The notes under the pieces were generated by a model, which worked only from the letters and a program-made list of their open reading frames with translations, did no database searches and was not told where the DNA came from. From assembly GCF_000150275.1 (NCBI RefSeq), contig NW_002060951.1, positions 700,328 through 764,327 on the forward strand: DNA of 64,000 bases, written 5' to 3'. Of this stretch, positions 53,310 through 64,000 are shown in pieces; within the stretch, counting starts at the first letter, position 1; each line of letters opens with the position of its first letter. The position numbers were made by a program, and so were the translations under genes. Source of the DNA: Trichoplax adhaerens (lineage: Eukaryota > Animalia > Placozoa).

Positions 53310-55170
53310 TACTTACTGTAGGCGGTGCGGTGTAAGCTATAATTCTTCTAATGATCCTTAAAGTAGTATGGGCGTAGACGAAATATAATGGCACTATGCC
53401 TACGATCGATGGGAGTCCCTATTCACTAGATGCAGTAACTGGATTGTACTTTCTATGCTTACATTCTTGCTTAATCAGGTGATAAGGTCAAAAACGAATG
53501 ATGTAGCATGTCTCAATATACCTTTGAAAGGCTCCTAGAGAATCTCGTTTTACTTATAAGTATGACTAACCTCGGAAACTACTGTAATTTCAGGCCATAC
53601 ACGAATACGCATAAACCTACTATATATAAACTCGTCTTGTCTGTCTATATGAAGTTTAATGGCTAGAAAAATACTGCAATAAACTTAAAATGCGAAATGT
53701 ATAACAAAAGAACGATTTGAAGAATTAAAATTCTCTCGCACCATGATATAGTTATTGATAGATATTTAATTAATCACTCGTATTCATATTATTTGGAAAT
53801 ATGCCAGTAGATTCATTTATTCATTCATGATATTAACGATAGTACACGTTTACAACGACTCTGAGTTGTTATTGTTGAAAGTATCAACTGTATCGCCTAA
53901 TTAATAAACCATATACAATTTTTAATTAATCTCATAGCCACTTAAAAACTATTTCTTCTACGAGCAACGATGATGGAGGTACATTACCATATTATATGTT
54001 GATCAACCGATGAGCAATACTATGCTATTTCAGTATTTATGCCTCTGATCTAGCTTGCAGTATACGATAAAGTATCTTCAAAATTATTAAAACATGAATT
54101 ACAATTTTTTGCAAAAGTTTGCTTTACTATATTAAAGTTGGTTTGTCTAGCAAATACTAGATGCTTACGCAACCTTACAATCAATGCTACAACTTGAACT
54201 ATTTTTGTGCAAGTCTATGACTTTAATCTTAAGTAAATTTGGGGGCTACACATTAATATGTAGTTAAAACAAGCCAACGTTAATGATTTTAAAGAATTAC
54301 TCATAGCAGCCATTTCATCTGCTCTCAAGGATCGTGATCAATTATCCTACCGCACTTTCATAAATAGAAGAAGCAATCATCATATTCAAACATTGCAATT
54401 GATGGGGAATACAGCCATGTCAGAGCATGCAATAACAATGATATTATGACTATCCTATATCATGTAAAAATCTTTTCACCTACTACCGATGATAATGATC
54501 AATTACCCTATAATATGTCCATAAATGAAAGGAATATGCAATCATATTGGAACATTCCATATCAATGTTTTATTTTATGCTCAACTTCTATCAGGCAAAA
54601 GCACATTCTACTGCCCTATCAGTTCCATCATCAATGTCTATTCGAATATCTTGCAGCAGTCTAGAAATGATGTACCTTACGAATGATTATAGCAATCCAC
54701 AATTATTCTATTACAAATCTTTAAACGGAAGGAATTTGCAATCAATTTGGCCTTGATAAGTCTATCATTTTATTTCAAATACCGCTACACTGTAAATATA
54801 CGTCAACGAAATTGTTCATTCCGCCAAATTACATCATTGATCATTTTTAATTATTCTTGTAATCTTGTACATGGAAAATCGTTTCATCTACCGAGTTCAG
54901 TACTAGTAGCAATAAGTATAATCAATCACGACATCACGCGATAACTAATTATAATCGATGGGAATAACAATCCGATTTCAATGCTGCCTATCCCCAATTC
55001 TCTTGAATATCATTTACTTCAATAACATATTATCCGATTGAATGCTCATCAGCAAGTCATGATATTTGGATATAAAAATTGCGCCTTGTAAATGAAGTCA
55101 TATTTCCAAACCTTTTGTTGGCCTTAAAATAGCTCAGGGTGTGGACTTATGATGATGATGATGACAAAGT
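53310..55170 (+). pseudogene. Probable decayed NACHT/STAND NTPase gene remnant
   Basis: Winged-helix signature YQFHHQCLFEYLAAV (54617-54661, cf. Y.F.H...QEY.AA), preceded by LQLMGNTAM (54393, cf. L..LG.LA) and ELQFFAKVCFTILKLVC (54096, cf. P..L..IC). Weak broken Walker A-like LLTVGGAV*...VVWA at ~53311-53375. Confidence 0.4.
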
Positions 55171-55658
55171 AGAAGAAAACTCCTTTGTAAGGCTGCATGC
55201 ATAATGAGAATGATGGCGATTGGTTCATGAATACAAAATCGGTCATAATAGCCAATAATCATGGGCAATAAAAAATTAGACTAACAAGAGATCAATATAA
55301 GTTGTATTAATTCTTGAAAATAAAGCCATGGGTAGTAATTGCTGTCGTGTAGACAATGTTTTCAGACGATCATGTTGAACTACTCAGAACCTTTGCATGA
55401 TTGATTGATTGATCGTATGCCAAGCGATCTCTATAAGGTTGTAACCTGTCATTCCATCTATACCTAATTATAGTAGAAAGAAGTCAAGGATAAACTACAC
55501 TAGGGGAATAGTTTGATTACTATAAGCAATCTCAACTATTATTCCATTTCAATCTGTTTGAGTACGATCTCAATTTTTAACACGCTTTCCTACCATATCA
55601 TGATTATTTAGTTTAATCGATTGGCAGAAAATTAGTAACCACAAGTAGCCATATTAAA

Positions 55659-58600
55659 ATGAGTAATTCAGATACGGAAATTAATCCAACGGACGACAAC
55701 GAACAAAGTCAAACCGTTACTACCATTACCAGAAGGCACAGTGATGGCCAGAAACACTTTAAAAATTCGCGTAACCACCAACAGCGAAAAAGGTGAGAAA
55801 ATTCTATATTATGCCAATGGTTGTTGATGATTAACGATAGGCCAAATCCTATTAACATATAGACTAAAAATTCCCCTTTGGCTATACTATCTGTATTGTT
55901 TTTATAGCCCCAGTTAAAGTAACTAATTATTAAATGGGATGTTTACACTTTTGAAAAAATGACTGCCTTCTCCATCGAGTTATCCTACTAGACTTTATTT
56001 TCGGGCATATTGTTTCATTTTACTTTACAACACAGAAGTGGTTTACGCTCGTACATGCATGCCTATTCTTTTTCCTATTTTGCTCTTAACTAACTCATAG
56101 CATCTTAGTTCAATTTATTGATTGTTGAATATGGAAAGAAATTAATTTGAATCGAAAGCCGAACAACATTGTAGCAAATATATTGAGTAGATACGGTGCA
56201 TAAACGCATTCCGATTGAATAAATAGGATAGGACGAGGTGTTGTAGGCTATATGAATTTTTCCTAACGTCAATTATTTCCTGATTATTTTTATATTAGCT
56301 TGGATTCCCTTATTCTTTAAAAATAGTCAATATGGCCGCTACAATAATACAGCCGATAGTGGTATAGTCATGTTTCAGTTGAAGGTTTGCTGAGGGAGAG
56401 GAATCCTACGATATTTCAGTCTTTATCATCGGATCCTTAACTTATTTCTTTAGCATAGCTTTGATCGTGACGGCAATATTAACCCTTAATTTAAAGCCAG
56501 GCCTATCGCCATAATTCATTCAGCAAGTATATCATGAAATTTTCCATTTTAACTACTGTAATACATTAGGATGAGATATTGTGAAAGGGTCGTAGGATTT
56601 CCTTCATCAGTAATTCTGTTCTATCCATTTCCTTAGCATCACTCATCGATAGCACTTTACTGACTACTAATGTATTCGATCGCCATATTCGCTTAATTTC
56701 TATTGCGCCTATTCCTTTAGTGCGATTATGATAGCATTTTTAATATTTTAACTTCACTAGCTTGATTCCTTTCCTCTGTGTAGTGATTGGGTTTTACAAA
56801 CCCCTTAGGTTCGTAATCATCTAACTCAAAATCTGAGTTATTAATTTGAGCAAATCTCTAACCTGACACAAGATTACTTCTTAATGCTATCATACTTCAA
56901 CTACTACCGTAATTAGCCGAAACTTTTACACTTGGCAACAAATCATTTTTTAATATTTTAGTTTGCTTTCCAAAAAATCACTATTAAGACCTTCAGTGAT
57001 GGTACCATAGCAAATTCGATCTAATAAGTCGACGGAAATAAGGTACTCTTCTTTTACAGTAGTTATGAACTCACTAACGGCATGATGATGGCCTACCGAT
57101 ATTTTTATTTTCATTTGAAATCACTGATAGGCTATATTACTACCATAATATTTAGTAATGGCAATTCAACTTAATTAATTTCTTGCCGACGAGGTGTTAT
57201 AGAAGATTATAACTTCCTTAAACGTAATTTTTCTATTCTCTGTTTCCTTGCTATCGTCACAATTTCATATCTATATAGTTCATCAATTGCTGAATAATGT
57301 TTCCTTGAGCATCAAATCAAACAGTACGTATCGCTACGAATATACTGAATGACTATATGGTGACCTTCCAATTTAAGAAATAAATTATAAACATAGAATA
57401 GAAAGAGGTGTTATATAAAATTCAAATTGAAAAGGATAGCGTGATCAAGTAGAAGTATTCTTTTCAACAATAAAAAAATACAAGCATCATGGCTTCAACA
57501 ACAATTTACCCTCCTCAATCCTAAGTTTACTGGTTGATGATAGTTCACATTCAGCATTATACTCTAGGTACTAATTAGCTATCCATACTAAGCAGAATTA
57601 ATATCTGAAGTTTAAATCAATTGATCCTCTTTCAAGGAATCAACTAGATCACCGGGTAATTAATGAAAATATGGATTTCGGGTAAGTACAATGCACAGAA
57701 ATCGATTTTATTAGGTTGCCGAGCTATTTTTCACAATACTTTAATCGCCGCGTTCTTACCGGTAAATCCGTGAATAAATCCCCTTTGCTGCCTTATGAGT
57801 ATCACTTCCAGTCATAAAAAGCATTCGTTCTACAGCAAGCATCTCCTTAAGAAATAAGTAGAAGTGTTATTTGCAATTTTGATTCTTGTACATTTACTTA
57901 CTGTTGATAAAATTAACTATCTGGGTAATGAGTCTGGTGGTAAGTAGCATTCTTCTAAGATTGAATAAACAGGGTCAGCATCAAGTCAAAGGAGTATTTA
58001 ATTGACCTAATAGTAGGTAGAAATCCCCATATGCATTTTGAGATATATAAACTGAAACTTTTACGAGTTTACTATCTTAACTGTTTCTAGCCTATCCCCT
58101 GCTACCCTCAATTAGACATATAGCTTAAATAGGAATAACTTTCTCATAAAATCCTTCATTATCTTCTACATATCATCCCATCTAATTTGGTTAATATTGC
58201 ATATCATTTATTAACCATGATTGGTAGTAAAAAGAATTCAAGAGATCAGCAGGCTATCGCTATGATATTAGAATATTTACAAGCTAGATCTTTGTTACTT
58301 TTGTATATTGATCTCTCGGGCATATAAGTGCTTTAGTACAACAGGATTCTTTCTTAATACTCTTAGCTTAAAATATACCTTAATAGATTAAATAGTGCCT
58401 GGCTTACATCTAGAAATACTTATCTCAATATCCACACTTTAAATCAGATTATTAAATGATGTCAAAAATTGCAGACCAGTAATAAATAATCCACCCCTGA
58501 ACTGTTAGTATGTTATATACCCTCTAATTTAAAAAGAATCTTTGGTCAGCATTTCATCCTTCATACCTAAGGTAATGGCAGTATTTTACAGGGAAATTAC

Positions 58601-61600
58601 TTAATGTGATAGCTCCTTTTTTACTTCTTAAATGATGCTAATTAATCCGAAATGAGCTACTTTATTCCTATGGATTATATTTGTACTAATGCTAATAAAT
58701 TATGACAGTACAATGGCATACCAATATCTCTAATGCGATGATCAGATTATGCTTTCAGCTCCCAAAGGAGTTATTTATTAAGATGTTTTATACTTAATGT
58801 AATACAAATGAAATTATCACGAAATCAGTTATTGCTATTAGCTCATTTTCTAATCGATTGTTCGATTAAGCTATTAAATCCAAAAGTGAGATTTTTAGAA
58901 TATTTTTGTTTAATGTCATACAAATTGTGATATTCATCTCGATATTTCGTGTTTAACCCGATGCAAGCAGATTGCTTAGAACTTACACATATTTAGCGTT
59001 AGAAATCCATGATCAGCTACAGAATTATGCTTTTAGATTCAAAAGTGAAGTATTTATCTCGCATTGGCACACTGTACAGTATTCAGAAACTACTTTATAC
59101 TGGTAACCCATTATTCAACTGCCAAGATAACTTTTCGATCCAAAATGAGATGTTTTATGTCGACAATCATGCTTCGACTATCAAGACAATAATTGGCACT
59201 AATAATCTCTTTCTCAGCTGCAGATTTATGGTGTCAGATATAAAATGGGACATTCTGCCTCATTATTTGCTGCTCATACCCTTTACTAAAGTTTACGATA
59301 CCTTAAACTAGGGCAAATTATAATCACTCAATGCTAATCCTTCTCAATTTTCACGGTATAGGAACAATTTCATGCTAATATTCTAATTCAATTCCAACAA
59401 TTTTAATATTAAGCTCTTTAGCTTCCCTAAAATTTTATATATACCTATCCATTGTGGTTATGGGTTGTATGTACAGATATCTTGTAATAATCTGTAAATC
59501 ATGGATTACTTGGTAAGCAATAGAGCCTTCTACCTAAGCTCTTTGGTAAAGTATTTAAAGTATACAGAATCCCTACGTCAATTGAAGATCATTGCTTGCT
59601 ATGGGAATCTTTATTTTACTGCTTCTATTTCTAGGTTAAATATCGTAAGAAGTTAATTTAGTTTTAACATCCTTTCAAACAGTTGCACATTAATGAATTA
59701 TAAAGAGATGTATTAGATCCTCACTTTACACCCACAAGTTAATATTGCCATCAAGAAGTAACAGACTTGTTTCTAAAATCAAGATCTTCTCTTATGATTA
59801 TACTGATACTACGCTAGACATCATTTTATTACCACAGCTCTAACCCTGGTCCTATGTTACATTTTTAAATCTAGCTGATCAGATAGTAAATTTTTCAGCT
59901 ATTCCTTACGGAAGGGAAACTTGTACGAATCTTCGTAAAACGTGATATCCTTGAGTTCTTGCTATTTAGATATCAAGAATATGATCTAATTAGCTATACT
60001 AGCCAGTATGAATATTTTAGCCTATTTTATCCATACCCTAAAATGTTGGCTACTACTCCTTAATTTTGGTCCTAAGGGCTATACTGTAGCAAGGTCTTAC
60101 GCTCGGGACTATATGCTGCCATATCAGTATCTTACAGGCATTTCTCTGTACGGTCAGTTAGCTAGATTTTTATTCAAAAAAGATTCCCGTTAGCATTTTA
60201 ATGAATAATTCTTATGAAATCAAGAGTTCATTGATTTCAAGGGGATGCTAATAGTAATATAATTGCCATCATCTACGACTTGCATAGGTTTAGATAGTTG
60301 TAAATTGTATGTTTATGCTGAACATTTTAATCTCCATGTTATAGGCCGACGAAGGCTTTACCTGCTTCGACTGCTGCTCCTATCGATCAATCACAATCGG
60401 CTATTCCTAAATCGCAAATACGAGAGAAATTAAAAGCATCTCATCTTGTCAGTAAAAAGAAAGAAAATAAGCCTTTGGTATGTCAAAGACTGTGAATACT
60501 TAGAACTCTTGACAGCTTTAGCCTTAATATTACATGCGTACAGTATATCGAACGTTAATAAAAACAAAATCTACATAGTAAATCAAGATAAAATGGTATA
60601 CGTGTATGTAAGATAGTATCAATCAGAATAAAGATACTACGCATCTAGAGAATATAGCAAATTTAACCAAACTTCTAGTAATAATTAATTTAAGTTAGAA
60701 TTCACTAAAAGTATGATCTAATTAATAAGCTAAAGTGGTTATCTTTCTCTATGAAGTACAGAATATATTATCAAATTTACCGATTCATTTAGTATTCTAT
60801 GTCGAAAAAATCATACTACATTCACCAATTGCCAAAGATTATGAAAAGCAATAATTTAATTAAGAGTTTTGAATTTGCGATTAAGATATACGGTATGCTC
60901 AGATTGCACTAAATACATAATTGATAATGTAATACAAACTCAGCCAAGATCATAGCATTCATTAAACTAAATAATAGTTTCTCTATTCTTGATCGTATAA
61001 GAGAACTATCATAATTAATCAAACTAATCAATGTTAACTCGATGCAAGCATGCAAATTCGCATCGAATATAAATCGGTGCTTGGAAGTCAGCACTAAATC
61101 GAATTACCGAGTAATAAATATTTATCCTTCTTTTTACTACGGCATTTTACTCAATAACTAGGTTGCCAAACATCATTACACCAATAGTAATACAAATCAG
61201 GGTAGCCAACATCAAGAAGGACCTCTGAAAAAGTTACCACAACGTAAAAATTCCAATGGTAAACCAGCATCACCAGGAGCAGATGGGACAGCAAATGCGC
61301 CTTCTCGAAGCTCGCAAACAAATTCAAATACCAATCCGCCTGCCAATGGACGATCCTCACGATCAAGTTCGCCAGCGCGACGAAGAGCAGCATCACCAGC
61401 GGATACCGCTAGAAACGAATTATTAGCCTCTGCTAAGCAGCGCGTTGATAAAGTTCTACGAGCTAGATTATATTTACTACGTCGAGTTGGTCAGCGAGTA
61501 TTTATAGTAACCAGTGATTCACCGAATCACAAATATCGTGTAACTATTGGAGCTCAGGTAGCAAAATTGATCCTCTTGAAAATTTTCCATGACTCTAGAA

Positions 61601-63946
61601 TATTAATTTCTATTGGAATAATATTTCTTATTTATCAATATTAGACATGTAGCTGTGGAAAAGGGCAATTTTGTATTCATCTACTCTTTATTATGTTGCG
61701 AGTTTTCGCCTTGGATCCTTCAGAACCAATTATTTGGAGGAGATCATTGTTAAACTATGAGGTAAGTCTCGACAAGTAGTCGTTAAGAAATATAACATGA
61801 CGCTCAGAAATTCAATTTGTCTATCACAATTAGTCGACGTAATAAGAATTAAATTAACTACTTCATTAGCGTCATATAAATAGCTCGATAAGCCATCTTA
61901 CCTTAACGCTACTGTGTATTAAGCTATAAATCTGCATAGTAGTTTATGATGCTTAGAAATTGAACACTCCTCATCAATGCATATTTTAAATCCGTTTATA
62001 AAAGAGTTGATAAATTATAATTATATGAGTATACTAGAGCGAGTACTCTTAACTACGGTACTTTTCTTTGGCAATTGGAAGCCTTTTATTAGATAATATG
62101 CAATTAATTAAAGCTAAAAATATTTCACACTAATAGGTTGAAGGATTAATCGAGCGATTTGAGAACAGATGCAAATCAAGATCATCTCGAAATGACAATA
62201 CCGATACTTCTACTAAGCAAGAAAATCAACGAAATGAACAAGCATCAAGTCCCACCATGCCATTTAAAGAAGCTCCAGGAGATGCCGGTACTAAAGATGA
62301 TGAAATTTGCTCTATTTGTTTACTGCCAATGATTGATGGTGAAAGTATGGTGGATTGCCCTCATTGCAAGAATTGGCTCCATCATCACTGCATGTCTATA
62401 TGTAAGAAATACAAGCTAGATGTACTAAAACATATGCAATTTCCTAACATAAGCTGGTCATAATAACAACCGCGTAGGAAACTAATGCGCTAATTCTAAA
62501 GAAAATAGGTTCTAGTTTCGCTAATATTACTTAGAGTGATCATTCTTGTTTATTTACCTTGATGCTCCTAACTAATTCTATATTCTTAAACTAGTAATTT
62601 CCTTTAAGGTTAATTCAATAATAATTATCAAAGTTATATAATTAGTAAACAAAAATTTATCTGTCCTAGGGGCTGGAGAATGCAAAAGGCAGAATGATCA
62701 CTTAATATGCCCGCTATGCCGATTACCCTGGATAAATCAATCAGGCAAAGACCTAAAACAATCCACGTTACTGAATGATGAAAATAATGACAGTGGAATC
62801 CAAGATATGGCCTACGTCAAGTCTCAAACGATCGAATCATTGACAGGTACAGAGAATTCATCCGCTGCTAATCATTATGCCCATCAGAATAATCAAAATG
62901 AGAATCGTACCCTACCAGAAGATGATCAAATACATGAAGCTGATGATACGTCGTCGGAAGGTTTCGATACTCACCGAGTTATTAGTAATGCAGCTGATCA
63001 ATTACAAGAAATGTCGTTATCATCGACAAGAGTCTTTAGAGATCCTCCTAAAAATAAGAAAGAAGTCGAAGAAGAAGATGCTCTAGCGCTAACTATGGCT
63101 CTGAGCTATTCCGAAATCAAAAAGGATGTCGTTCCACCCATTAATGAATTACAAGCAGCAACTAATTTGATTTTAAAGGGTAATTGTAAGGTAAGCATTA
63201 AAGGAGGAGCAAAAAACATATATTATCCAATAATTTTTATATCGCTGCAGCTTGTATCTGCCTAGTTTTCTATGGATTATTCGTTACTCAAGATTATCAT
63301 ATTGCTATAAATTTACCAAAATCCATATTGTTTTCAATCCAATACATGTATACTTAGACTCACAAATACTCAATCGATATAATATCAATTTTGTTTATTT
63401 AATAAGATGTAATATTTATTTAAAAGTTGATACTGTAAATTAACAATTCTGCTAGTATAGTTAATTATAAATAAATACAACGATAACTGTACAAAATTTT
63501 CTCGACTTTAACTATTTGGATATCTATAAATTTTGTATCAGAGTGAGAATCCGTTCAAAGATATTGACAGCACTTACCTCGAAAATTCTCAATGGCAGAA
63601 AGGCAAGCTGTTAGGCACAGGAGCTTATTCAACATGCTATGCTGCTCGAGATATCAAGAGTGGAACATTAATGGCTGTTAAACAAGTGAGTTTAACGCAT
63701 AGAAAATAATTTCATAATAAATATTAAAGAGCATTAATTGGTATTTATGCTTATGATTTAATTGCAAAATACGTAATCGACAGGTTGCATATTGTCGAAA
63801 CTCCGCTGAAGAACAGCAGCAAGTTTATGAAAGTTTAATTAAAGAAATTTCCTTGCTCAATCGTCTAAATCATCCTAACATTGTTCGCTGTTATGGTGCA
63901 ACTGTGCAAGATTCACATTTTAATATCTTTGCTGAATGGTTGGCAG
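55659..63946 (+). CDS. MAP3K1: MAP kinase kinase kinase 1 (MEKK1): SWIM - RING/PHD - UIM - kinase; 3' end outside window
   Basis: Exons 55659-55792 (less certain), 60345-60477, 61162-61557, 61645-61761, 62137-62401, 62670-63190, 63542-63685, 63784-63946; GT-AG, phase-consistent. [43 protein letters not shown] (SWIM), [33 protein letters not shown] (RING), [13 protein letters not shown] (UIM), [29 protein letters not shown] (kinase N-lobe). Confidence 0.93.
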
Positions 63947-64000
63947 GTAAGCTCAAATTAGCTAAGCAGCTTTTGCTATCATGGATATATTTACGTATAG

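Noticed and set aside
3028-63443. Remaining short ORFs in the track (e.g. 3028-3216, 22452-22872, 34082-34717, 36135-36419, 42623-42838, 61151-61396, 62877-63086)
   Set aside because: Antisense or alternative-frame shadows of real exons, or chance ORFs in AT-rich DNA without motifs.
1-64000. tRNA, rRNA, snRNA genes or an intact transposase
   Set aside because: No recognisable signatures by eye; a covariance-model scan would be needed to exclude small ncRNAs.

Overview
Eukaryotic (animal) genomic DNA, AT-rich, with short GT-AG introns and one 50-N assembly gap. Gene content, compactness and intronless GPCRs suggest an early-branching metazoan, most likely a placozoan such as Trichoplax (inference, not verified). 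Six genes could be built by hand: two intronless paralogous class A GPCRs (+), SNRPA1/U2A' (-, 9 exons), NEK8 (+, 16 exons), GIPC (-, 5 exons) and the 5' part of MAP3K1/MEKK1 (+, runs off the window). Apparently empty spacers hold heavily decayed gene remnants: a TPR-CHAT gene, a probable NACHT gene and a possible SAM methyltransferase. The most unusual signal is a ~1.6 kb island between the divergent SNRPA1 and NEK8 starts whose repeat clusters parse into TA-(CAG/CTG/CAGTG/CACTG/C/CA)-TA units, the pattern expected from stacked Tc1/mariner excision footprints; the same heptamers look enriched across the window. Other highlights: a MEKK1 with no room for the TOG domain, and two GPCRs with a rebuilt sodium pocket (H2.50, K6.48) and identical ETVV PDZ tails near a GIPC gene. 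No rRNA, tRNA, snRNA, CRISPR array or intact transposase was recognised. All calls are by eye; no database searches were run.
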